A stretch of DNA of 24,736 nucleotides, from assembly GCF_006345805.1 (NCBI RefSeq), contig NW_021836254.1, forward strand, positions 1-24,736, written 5' to 3'. The notes under the pieces are model-generated. The model was not told the origin of the DNA. It did no database searches and was given only the letters and a program-made list of their open reading frames with translations. Both the position numbers and the translations under genes were made by a program. Below are positions 1 through 9,318 of the stretch, one piece after another. The DNA comes from Octopus sinensis (lineage: Eukaryota). Each line of letters starts with the position of its first letter. Position 1 is the first letter of the stretch.

Positions 1-19
1 GTAAAAGAGTAAAAGAGTA
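1..19 (+). mobile_element. 3' tail of family A SINE, cut by the window edge
   Basis: GTAAAAGAGTAAAAGAGTA matches the (TAAAAGAG)n-type tail seen at about 6437-6461 and, in reverse, at 15112-15125. Confidence 0.6.
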
Positions 20-146
20 TTAATGCTACTCAATATCTTAACATTTCTGAAACCAATCACCTGGAGGAATGGCGTTCGTCTCCATTTTGGATGAATTTTC
101 TTCCCCCCGCCGCCACACAAAACGAACTTCCCCCCAGTTCTGCCGG

Positions 147-268
147 CCACAAGGCATTGATTAGCCGACCCAGGGTCGTTAGTCGAAGGCATGCTCAAGA
201 TGCTGAGCAGCGTAGTGAGACTGAACCCGAGACTGCGTGGTTGCCAAGCGAACGTCTTAAGCACACAG
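147..268 (-). mobile_element. Family A (CORE-like tRNA-SINE), diverged head fragment
   Basis: Aligns by eye with the minus-strand head at 15485-15595 (CACAAGGC..GCCCAAGGTGCC..GACTGAACCCG..CACACAG). Confidence 0.7.
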
Positions 269-589
269 AAAATGTTTTATACGTTTTAAATTTAAAAAAA
301 AAATAACAATGGTGTGTAGTATTATAGAACACGGGAGGGATAATAAATCAAATCATTAATTAATCTATACAACAATTGAGTTGAGATGTCGATTTTTAGA
401 ATTGCTAAATCCTAATGGTAAGGCAGCTGGAAAAATAGAGAAACAAAAGCAGAATTCAATACGTGCTATAGACGACCATAAAACTATATCATTACATTAT
501 ATATTCGTGAATTTATCTTCCTCAAATCCACAAAGACTGCTTTTAGTTTGGCAACAATAATATTTAGAATAAGCAACAGCTGTGTAACA

Positions 590-750
590 GGTGTAGACAT
601 GACTTTGCGGTTAAGAAGCACGTCTTGCAAGCATGTTATTTCGGGTTCGATTCTGCTCGATGCCTTAGGTAAGTATCGTCTATTATAGCACAAGGCCGAC
701 CGGTGGATTTAGTGGACGGAAACTGTGTGGAAGCGCGACGTATATATTTA
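590..750 (+). mobile_element. Family A SINE, diverged head plus CORE-like part
   Basis: B-box-like GGTTCGATTC, then CCTTAGGTAAGTATCGTCTATTATAGC..GGCCGACC..GTGGATTT..GACGGAAACTG as in the copy at 6081-6461. Confidence 0.7.
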
Positions 751-770
751 TTTTGCTTGTTTCACGTATT

Positions 771-824
771 GGACTATAACCATGCTCCGGGACCGCCTTA
801 AAGTATTTAGTCGAACAAATTGAC
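771..824 (-). mobile_element. Family A SINE tail fragment, inverted
   Basis: GGACTATAACCATGCTCCGGGACCGCCTT..TTTAGTCGAACAAATTGAC is the reverse complement of the tail segment at about 1070-1136 and 6377-6421. Confidence 0.65.
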
Positions 825-831
825 GGCGGTA

Positions 832-1171
832 CTTGTGAGTGGATTTGATAGACGGAAACTGAAGACGTCCTTCGTATGTCTGTATATATATATATATATT
901 AGATATATATATATATATATATATTCAATATATTGTGATATGTGTGTCTGTGTTTGTCTTCCACCATCACTTGACAACCGATGTTGGTGTGTTTACGTCC
1001 CCGTAACCTTGCAGTTCGGCAACGGTGACCGATAGAATAAGTACTAGGCTTACAAAGAATAAGTCCTGGGTTCGATTTCTTAGACTAAAAAGAAAAAAAA
1101 CCCTTAAGGCGGTGCTCTCCAGCATGGCTGCAGTCAAATGACTGAAACATGTAAAATAATAAAAGATAAAG
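832..1171 (+). mobile_element. Family A SINE, 5'-truncated, with internal (TA)n/(TG)n
   Basis: Colinear with 6130-6461: CTTGTGAGTGGATTT..GACGGAAACTGAA, TTGACAACCGATG.TGGTGT.TTTACGTCCCCGTAAC, GATAGAATAAGTACTAGGCTTACAAAGAAT, AAGGCGGTGC..CAGCATG..CAGTCAAATG.CTGAAAC. Confidence 0.9.
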
Positions 1172-1172
1172 A

Positions 1173-1200
1173 AATATATATATATGTATGTATGTATATA

Positions 1201-1250
<50 letters not shown>

Positions 1251-1265
1251 GTACGTATGTATGGA
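1173..1265. repeat. (TA)n/(TATG)n microsatellite
   Basis: Directly visible. Confidence 0.95.
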
Positions 1266-1519
1266 TATCTGTCTAGCTAACTATTAAATATAGATTATGT
1301 GGTGTGTGTACGTACGCACACTCACATAAACACACACGGCGTAACCGCAAAACAGCTGTGTGTTATTACAGGAAAAATGTACAGACTGTATAGTTATCTT
1401 GGAACAATAATAGTGTGAGAAGTTGGCAGCTATTTCTGACACATTGGTAGATAACAACCGCATTAAGAATGTGTGTGTAGAGAAAGGCGAAACGGCAGGC
1501 AGGATAATTTTATGTGCGT

Positions 1520-1864
1520 TATATATATATGGCATATATATTATGCATATATATATATATATATATAGTAATATATATCTATATATATATATATATATAA
1601 TATATATATGTATGATATATGTATATAGATAGTATATATATATATGTATATATATATAGATATATAAGGTATATATATATATATATAATATGTATATTAT
1701 GTATTATATATATATGTATATATATATGTATATATCTATATGTATAAATATATATGTATATAATATTATATATATATATGTATATATATATATGTATATA
1801 TATATATATCTATATATATTGTATATATATATATGTAGTATATATATAGATGTATATATATATA

Positions 1865-1915
<51 letters not shown>

Positions 1916-2318
1916 GTATATATATATGTGTGTATATATGTATATATATTTTGTATATTATATTAATATGTTTATTTTTATGGTTTTGGTTTATGTTTTT
2001 CATTGTTTGATTGCCTAAAATGGAGTTTATCTCTCATTTAATTTATATGTGTATATATATATATATATCTATATATATATAGTATATATATATATATATG
2101 TATATATATGTAATAATGTATATATATATAATATATATATATTATGTATCTATATGTAATATATATATATAATATAATATATATATATGTATATATAGTT
2201 ATATATATCTATAGTATATATATGTATATAGAGTAATATATATAATATATCTATATATATATATATATTATATATATACATACATATGTATACACACACA
2301 TACACATATATAATATAT

Positions 2319-2349
<31 letters not shown>

Positions 2350-2350
2350 A
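1520..2350. repeat. Large compound (TA)n-rich microsatellite field ending in (CA)n/(GA)n
   Basis: Imperfect TA repeats at about 1520-1960 and 2050-2315, followed by (AG)n at about 2318-2348. Confidence 0.95.
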
Positions 2351-2579
2351 AAAGTATTTTAGGTGTGATGTCTGTTTCTAAAATAAACAAATGTTGGTCG
2401 TGGCTACAGCTGGTGTAACCAAACTCAAGTTTTCTAACGTTACTCGCAATATTGACCCAAGGTATATATAAAACAATTTATGTGGAATCTCTTGCTAGAT
2501 TCGAAAGCAAATCGACGATACAGTGAACTCTAAAATGTACATGTTATCTTCGTCTTCTACTTTACTATGTTAAAATCGA

Positions 2580-2660
2580 AATCATCGTTTTCATCATCAT
2601 CATCGTCACCACCACCACCACCACCTTCATCATTATCATCATCGGTAGCAGCATCAGCAG
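2580..2660. repeat. (CAT)n/(CAC)n trinucleotide tract
   Basis: Directly visible. Confidence 0.9.
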
Positions 2661-3028
2661 TGGAGGTGCAATGGCCCAATAGTTAGGGAATCGAACTCGC
2701 GGTCGGAGGATCGCGGTTTCGATTCCCAGACTGGGCGCTGTGTGTGTGTTTATTGAGCGAAGACACATACAGCTCCACGATGCTCCGGCAGGGGGTGGTG
2801 GCGACCCCTGTTGTACTCTTTCGCTCCAACTTTCTCTCACTCTTTCTTCCTGTTTCTTGTCCCTGGCTTCCTACGCAACCGCTGAGCCTGGATGCGCATT
2901 CATCTATTCGTCGATGCTCTCGGTGTCGGGGGTTGACCTGCTTTCTCTTCTGCTGGTCTTACGAATAGCAAAGGACCACATTTCGGACTTCTCCCATCTT
3001 GCGAGCTCTGGGACGAAGACCGTTCGCT
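2660..3028 (+). mobile_element. Family C tRNA-derived SINE with tail type C1
   Basis: A-box-like TGGCCCAATAGTTAGG and B-box-like GTTTCGATTCC. The body (TTTATTGAGCGAA.ACAC..AGCTCCACGA.GCTCCGGCAGGGGGTGG..CCCTGTTGTACTCTTTCG) is shared with 15972-16163 and 19797-19975. The 3' end (2860-3028) is inferred. Confidence 0.8.
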
Positions 3029-3094
3029 CAACAGCAACAGCTCAACAGCAGCATCAGCATCATCATCAGCTGGTGGACATTACTATTTAGAATG

Positions 3095-3328
3095 CTAGGG
3101 CTGAAAGGACTGGTTGCTCGGTTTCCATGGGCGTACAAGGGACCTAGATCATAACATTCCCCCTCGAACGAGACATCAGTTCATTGCTGGGTCACTCATT
3201 TACAACTCATTGGGCCGGAGCACCCCAAAAATGAAGTGTTTTGCTCAAGAACACAACGCACTGCCTGATCCAGGAATCGAAACCTCGATCATCCGAACGT
3301 GAGTGCAGCACCCTAATCACTAGGTCAC
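3095..3328 (-). mobile_element. Family D tRNA-derived SINE, related to family C
   Basis: Minus strand reads GTGACCTAGTGATTAGGGTG..GGTTTCGATTCCTGG..GCGTTGTGTTCTTGAGCAAAACACTTCATTT: Pol III boxes plus a CORE-like segment. A second copy is at 4860-5011. Confidence 0.8.
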
Positions 3329-3544
3329 ATTAATAACAACTGTTCTTTTAACATGTGGAACTTCAGATTTGTCTGTAAGTTAGGGCTGCCAGGAATCTGT
3401 AACATTTATGCCTTTCTGAAAGGCATTTTCAAATAAGCTTTGTGCATTTTGTGGCAGATTCATTCTAGGCAGTCAATTGTACAGTGACTGTACATCTCAG
3501 ATAGATTCAGCACTGAGTTACTGAAACATAAATATCATTATACT

Positions 3545-3710
3545 AAATATTCCACTCAATACCACAGATTTGCTTGTCAGTTGCTTGACCTTAACCACTT
3601 GAGCATTTTCCTTAGTGGCTGACAATATGTGCGTCTCTGATCATGAGCAGGAGTTGTGGGGGAGCATCATAGCCATGCGTTGAGAGGTTTTCTTTGGAGT
3701 TTGAATAAAT
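3545..3710. mobile_element. Family E interspersed repeat fragment, unclassified
   Basis: Reverse complement of about 18400-18555 (CTCAATACCACAGATTTGCTTGTCAGTTG.TTGACCTTAACC..AGTGGCTGAC..TCTCTGATCA.GAGCAG..GGAGCATCATAGCCATG.GTTGAGAGG). Confidence 0.8.
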
Positions 3711-4067
3711 GTAAGGAAAGCAAAGTTTGAAGGAAATATTAGCCATTTTTCATACTTTCCAGGGGTAAGTAAATAGAAAATAACAGTTGCTACTCAGGGA
3801 CAACAATCGTGTTACACAATGTTATTACGAAACAATTTGCTTTTGTGAATAATTTGAAAATAATACACTCATAGCAGATAAGAAGTGACGGCAGGAAGTC
3901 AGCTTGTGGTGGGCAAGAAGGACTGAAAAATAAATGGTTAATTGATGTCCGGCTAGAATGTTTAGGTGTGTTTCGTGGAGGAAGATAAGACAGAGTGTTA
4001 GTAGTTGTGGGAAAACGAAAAAAAAGGATGTTGATGTGAGTATTCCTAACAGGTTTATTGTTCTTGT

Positions 4068-4128
4068 TTAACCCAACATCAGTTCTGATCCAGCAGACCT
4101 CTGACCAAAACTAGTTGAGCTGTGATCA
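4068..4128 (+). repeat. Short dispersed repeat F fragment
   Basis: The motif TCAG.TCTGAT..AGCAGAC is shared with 7878-7900, and more weakly with the reverse strand at 5440-5500. Confidence 0.4.
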
Positions 4129-4270
4129 CCACAACGGGTTTTCAGACATAGTTTATCCAGAATTAGTTAATGCAAAACTACGACATACCGAAACTTTTGT
4201 TCAATGTTGAGTACCGGACTATTTGTGGAAGTCAGCTATTCCATTATGTGTTACTTACTTGCAGTTAAAC

Positions 4271-4658
4271 TGGAAGTTTAAATATTTAGGTTATAGACAA
4301 AACACTTAACTCAAAATGGCCCAAAATAGATCTATCTATCGTTAACAAGGATCTTTAGTCTAGACATCATACGCATTGTATCTTTCAAATGCAGTCGATC
4401 GTTCTATAGTCTTTTATTATTTTCTATGTTTTGGCCATGCGGCTGCAAGTTGTATGAACATTTTCGGTTAGATTGGAAGTTAAAATATTTAAGTTAAAGC
4501 CAAGACACTTAACACACAATGGCCCTGAGTCTTAGATTTACCGTTAACAAGGATCTTTATTCATACTCATTGTATCTTTTAAATGCAGACGATCGTTCTC
4601 TGGTCTTTTATAACTTTGTACGTTTCGGCCATGCGGCTGTGAGTTGTATAAAAATTTC
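4271..4658. repeat. Diverged tandem duplication, 2 x about 200 bp
   Basis: Copy 1 spans 4271-4463 and copy 2 spans 4474-4658. Shared blocks: TGGAAGTT.AAATATTTA, ACACTTAAC.CA.AATGGCCC, CGTTAACAAGGATCTTTA, CATTGTATCTTT.AAATGCAG.CGATCGTTCT, GGCCATGCGGCTG. Confidence 0.9.
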
Positions 4659-4859
4659 TATCAAGTACACACACACACATACATCCAAAATTTTATGGGG
4701 CCAAAAACTACCATCTAAAACGTTTAAGAAAGAGTAAAAAAGGTAATACACAACACCAAATAGGGGCCTCTGGCCCGTCGGTCTAAAAATTCCCATCTGT
4801 TTGTTTTTTAGGCCGGTCCACCATCCAACGCCCGCTTGTCAGGCCTGTTGCAATTTCCC

Positions 4860-5011
4860 CACATTGCTAATTTTTGCTAGCTGAGTGGACAAGAGCAACG
4901 GTAAATGAAACAGTTTGCTCAAGAACACAATGTATCTTCTGGTCTAGGAATCGAAACCACAATCTTACGATCGGGAGTCCAACACCTTTACTACTAAACC
5001 ACGCGTCTCCA
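4860..5011 (-). mobile_element. Family D SINE head and CORE-like part
   Basis: Minus strand TGGAGACGCGTGGTTTAGTAGTAAAGG..GGTTTCGATTCCTAGACC..TTGTGTTCTTGAGCAAAC matches 3230-3328. Confidence 0.75.
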
Positions 5012-5439
5012 TTCACGGAGGAATGAAAAATAAAATGGAGAGGGGAGTCATCGTCTGCTTTAATGAAACTAAAACAACGTTTGGTAAATTACAATATTGA
5101 CACTTATAAATATAGTGTGTGGAATAGCGGAGCATGACATTCCTTTATTTCAGATAGATGAATAAAATGAGAGCTTAAAGCTGGCTTTGAAAAAAGATGT
5201 CGTGATGTGAAAAAGAATGGGGCCAGAGTTTGCCGAGCTTAGATTAAATGACCGAAGTAAATTTACTGGATTTGTGCTGAAATCAGAAACAATGATGAAC
5301 AAACGAGGAAGTATTTATGTAGTCACTTGGTTTACTAGAAATAGTAGCCAAATTTTCCAAATTTCCTTAGAATCATTCTTTGCTGTTTTAGAAAAAGAGA
5401 AGGATATGAAATAATGTTGCTACTGATATATAAAAGATG

Positions 5440-5500
5440 TATGGTCATGGCTGGAATGTCTTTGATCATCAGTTTGATAAATGAAGCTGACCTGAAGCTA
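5440..5500 (-). repeat. Short dispersed repeat F fragment
   Basis: Reverse complement CAGGTCAGCTTC..ATGATCAAAGACATTCCAGCCATGACCAT shows weak similarity to 4068-4128 and 7870-7903. Confidence 0.35.
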
Positions 5501-6080
5501 GTAAAATACCCCCAAACAAACAAAAAACAAAACCCCAAACAAACAAACAATAAATACTATCTGCCCCCACCCTACGGTTAGGCAGAACAAAACTACTTCG
5601 ATTACTGGGTGGGATGTGGTTTCCTCCCAAAATTCATGAGAGCTGTGAGACCCAACAAATAATCACAGGCCCCTCTCCTGTTCCAGTAGACCTGTGTCCA
5701 AAAGCCATGTATCATCCATCTGAAATTCCTTATAAGTCCTATCTGTCACCAGCGGCTGTCAAGAGGCAACCCTTGAGTTTACCGTCCTGACGGGGCCCCA
5801 CGCATGTAAAGGCATATACAGCAGACTAAAAGTATCGCCAGTCCCTTTGTACCCCACTCTCATCCTGCTACGGTACTGGCTGTGCTACAGCTCTTTCATT
5901 CAACTATTCTTTTCCCCTCTGCAAATTTGTAGTCTTTTGCAAATAAGAAATCAGTATTTATTTTTTCCCCACGTGGTCTAGTTGTTAGTATTCCTTCGTT
6001 TCCCAAAACGAGTTTCGATAAAGCAGACTAATTTCTTTGTTTTTTAATGTTTTCACTCTTTCCACATGAATGTTTAAATA

Positions 6081-6181
6081 GTGGCAACCTTGGGCAATGT
6101 CTTCTACTGTACCTCGGGCCGACCAAAGCCTTGTGAGTGGATTTGGTAGACGGAAACTGAAAGAAGCCTGTCGTATATATG

Positions 6182-6219
<38 letters not shown>

Positions 6220-6461
6220 GTGAATGTGTTGTGTGTGTAATGTTTGCGTGTCTGTATTTGTCCCTCCCCCCCCCATCGCTTGACAACCGATGCTGGTGTT
6301 TTACGTCCCCGTAACTTAGCGGTTCAGAAAAGACACGATAGAATAAGTACTAGGCTTACAAAGAATAGGTCCTGGGGTCGATTTGCTCGACTAAAGGCGG
6401 TGCCCCAGCATGACCACAGTCAAATGGCTGAAACAAGTAAGCGAGTAAAGAGTAAGGAGTA
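6081..6461 (+). mobile_element. Family A CORE-like SINE lacking the tRNA head
   Basis: CORE-like ACCTTGGGCAA.GTCTTCTACT, internal (TA)n(TG)n, and a conserved 3' part ending in GAGTAAAGAGTAAGGAGTA. Confidence 0.9.
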
Positions 6462-6536
6462 TGTACACACACACACACGCGCACACACACACACACACAT
6501 TCACACACACACACACAACACACACACACACACACG
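6462..6536. repeat. (CA)n microsatellite abutting the SINE tail
   Basis: Directly visible. Confidence 0.95.
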
Positions 6537-6636
6537 TTTCAAACATTAAACAGAAGCATAGCATGGAACGAGCGGATAATTCCTACACATGACATGGAGA
6601 CATGGATAAGCTCTTTACATACATGAAAGCATCCAG

Positions 6637-6669
<33 letters not shown>

Positions 6670-6747
6670 GTGTGTGTGTTTAAGTAAATATGTATGTATT
6701 GAAATTGAACGTAAAATGATCGGCTGCGTTCGAAAATTACAAAGAAC

Positions 6748-6857
6748 GTCGGACAACCAGCTTTAAAGAACCATGGTTCATTGCAGTGACCGTTCCACAA
6801 TTAAGCATGACAACTGTCCAGTGACTTGAACCAGTGAAAAAGTAAAAGAGTTAAAGA
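6748..6857 (+). mobile_element. Highly diverged family A tail
   Basis: CAATTAAGCATGACAACTGTCCAGTGACTTGAACCAGTGAAAAAGTAAAAGAG resembles the family A tail CAGCATG..CAGTCAAATGACTGAAACAAGTAAAAGAG. Confidence 0.45.
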
Positions 6858-7016
6858 CTGATTTCTTTTGTTGCACTTAATGTTAAAATACTTGCACCAA
6901 CTTGTATTGCACATGTACGGATAAGTGGCATTTGGATGAGGTGGTGTAGAAGTGGTATGAGTTGGGGACGGGGACGAGGCGTTGCCAGCGTATTGGACTC
7001 GTTCTAAGACCAATTA

Positions 7017-7245
7017 TAAAATCGGTTTCAAATTTTGGCACAAGGTCAGCAAGGTCGAGAGAGGGTGCTAGTCGATTACATCGACCCCAGTGCTTAACTG
7101 GCGCTTATTTTAGGGACTTCGAAAGGATGAAAGGATGAAAGGCAAAGTCGGCCTCGGCAGAATTTGAACTCAGAACGTAAAGATGGGCGAAATGCCGCTA
7201 AGCGTTTTGCCCGGCCTGCTAACGATTCTGCCAGCTCACTGCCTT
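7017..7245 (-). mobile_element. Family B (Deu/Nin-like tRNA-SINE), tail type B2
   Basis: Contains GAAAGGATGAAAGGCAAAGTCG.CCTCGGC.GAATTTGAACTCAGAACG and the head CTGCCAGCTCAC.GCCTT. The central segment resembles, from memory, the conserved Deu/Nin SINE domain. Confidence 0.85.
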
Positions 7246-7254
7246 TCATACTAT

Positions 7255-7474
7255 TAATATTGGTTTCAAATTTTGGCACAAGGCCAGCAAGTTCTGGTAT
7301 GGGTTAAGTCGATTACATCGACCTCAGTGCTCAACTGGTACTTATTTTATCGACTCCGAAAGGATGAAAGGCAAAGTCAACCACGAAGGAATTTCGAACC
7401 AGAATGTAAAGACGGACGGAATACCGCGAAATATTTTGCCTGGAATACTAACGATTCCAACAGACCACAGTCTT
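7255..7474 (-). mobile_element. Family B SINE, tail type B2
   Basis: Same layout as 7017-7245, starting TTGGTTTCAAATTTTGGCACAAGGCCAGCAA. Confidence 0.85.
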
Positions 7475-7491
7475 AAATCGCTACCTTTAAC

Positions 7492-7711
7492 AATCCTTTC
7501 TATTCTAAGCACAAGGCCTAACATTTTGGATGTGGTGGGGGCTGGTCGATAACGTCCACGCAAGTGCTCACCTGGTGCTTATTTTATCGACTCCGAAAGA
7601 ATGAAAGGCAAAGTCGGCCTCGACGGAACTCGGACTCAAAACATAAAGACAGACGTAGTGCTGGAAACCATTTTGCCTGTCATGCTAACAATTCTGCCAG
7701 TTCACCGCCTT
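7492..7711 (-). mobile_element. Family B SINE, tail type B3, diverged
   Basis: AATCCTTTCTATTCTAAGCACAAGGCC tail as at 17590-17617 and 18050-18078 (reverse), with the same central domain and head. Confidence 0.8.
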
Positions 7712-7903
7712 AACACAAACAACAATATTCCCTCGACATTCGAAGACGGTCAAACAAAATTGCCAAATACACAATGGTCGGAGTACAGTCCTGGTCAGTT
7801 TAGCTTGAACAGTCATAATAACGACTATTCAGCTGTTGTTGTCGTTGTTTTTGTTGTTGGTGGTGTTATGTAGCTGCAGATCAGCTCTGATTGAGCAGAC
7901 TTA

Positions 7904-8296
7904 TCTTTATATATAAAAGAGAGGTTGTGTGCTGTCTGTCTCCTACGATTTAGATTCCTAACTACTCCCACATTTTGCGGTGCAGTTTAACCAAAAGCGG
8001 GTATCTTATAGTCGTGATTCATATCGAGCCCTTCTGGGTATTAGCGCGCGTCTATGATGAGTCTACGATTTAAAAAAAATTACCATAATTTTTTCCCATT
8101 TTTAATGCATTTTTGGCATATATAAGGGAAGTAACTCTCTAAAAATGTATTATTAAATCTCAGAACGTAAAAAGCTACAGTAACACCTTCCTTTGTGGTT
8201 AGCCACATTGAGATGGCTATTATACTTTACATCTCTAAAAATGCTTATATAGTTATTTCCCTTACAAACCCGAGCAACGCCGGGCGATACTGCTAG
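7904..8296 (+). mobile_element. Non-autonomous Helitron-type element, 393 bp
   Basis: 5' end TC (TCTTTATATATAAAAG at 7904) and 3' end CTAG (8293-8296). A GC hairpin CCCG(A)GC-AAC-GC-CGGG at 8269-8284 lies 8 nt before CTAG. Inserted between A7903 and T8297 with no TSD. All are established Helitron hallmarks. Confidence 0.8.
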
Positions 8297-8298
8297 TA

Positions 8299-8800
8299 TT
8301 TACTAAAAGGATGGTAGAACCCCAACTAACATTTTCAGTAAGGACATCAACCGAATGGATTGTTGCTACTCAGAAAACATTGCTAGTTAGAGCACAACAT
8401 CAGAATGGAACGTTGTGATTTAAATGATATCGGTAGAGAAGACACATTTAGTGAATGGACAATACAATACTTGAAAATACCACTGGTTACACATATTTAC
8501 TGAATGGATTGTAGAACCCCCCCCCCCAGCTAACATCATCAGTAGAGGCATCAGCAGAATGTATTGTCAGTACACAGAAAACATTGTTAGGTTACATCCT
8601 TAGAATGGAGTGTAGAGATCTAAAAGATATCGGTAACGAAGACACATCTTAAGACACATCTTAAGACGGCACTCTTAACTGTCTCTAGTTAGGACATATC
8701 TTACCAAGTGGACTATAAATACCCAGTTCAGAATATAGCGACCAAACTAACATAATTGGTTTGAACATTCTCAGAATGGATTGTCGACATCCCTTCTGCA
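8299..8800. repeat. Degenerate about 50-bp tandem repeat with about 200-bp higher-order period
   Basis: GAATG(G/T)A occurs at 8353, 8403, 8453, 8502, 8557, 8603 and 8774. Best matches are about 200 bp apart (8299/8496; 8426/8626 GATATCGGTA..GAAGACACAT). Confidence 0.7.
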
Positions 8801-8901
8801 AGATAACGCCGATAGTTAGAACATACCAAACAAACGGAATATAGAATGTCTCAGTCTAGGATCTCAGCAGACATCGTCCGAATAGTCTCCACAGTCTTAC
8901 G

Positions 8902-9318
8902 TATTTCTTTACTACCCACAAGGGGCCAAACACAGAGAGGACTAACAAGGACAGACAAACGGATTAAGTCGATTATATCGACCCCAGTGCGTAACTGGTA
9001 CTTAATTTATCGACCCCGGAAGGATGAAAGGCAAAGTCGACCTCGGCGGAATTTGAACTCAGAACGTAGCGGCATACGAAATACCTATTTCTTTATTACC
9101 CACAAGGGGCTAAACACAGAGAGGACAAACAAGGACAGACAAACGGATTAAGTCTATTATATCGACCCCAGTGCGTAACTGGCACTTATTTAATCGACCC
9201 CGAAAGGATGAAAGGCAAAGTCGACCTTGGCGGAATTTGAACTCAGAACGTAACGGCAGACGAAATACCGCAAAGCATTTCGCCCGGTGTGCTAACCCTT
9301 CTGCCAGCTCGCCGCCTT
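8902..9318 (-). mobile_element. Family B SINE dimer, tail type B1, with 13-bp TSD
   Basis: Full unit 9086-9318 plus head-truncated unit 8902-9085 (184 bp). Flanked by TCCACAGTCTTAC (8888-8900) and TCCACTGTCTTAC (9319-9331). Confidence 0.93.

Noticed and set aside
1690-2010. Long ORFs of Y/I/M/C/V/H/T residues here and at about 13.0-14.5, 15.2-15.6, 17.0-17.9, 19.3-20.0 and 23.1-24.7 kb
   Set aside because: These are translations of TA/CA/TG/TATG/ATT microsatellites, which simply lack stop codons.
2740-3090. 116-aa ORF ending in a Q/H run
   Set aside because: It lies within a family C SINE and a CAG/CAT tract, with no recognisable domain.
3478-3494. 17-bp interrupted palindrome TGTACAGT-G-ACTGTACA
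   Set aside because: Single, short and without supporting context; could be chance or part of a repeat.
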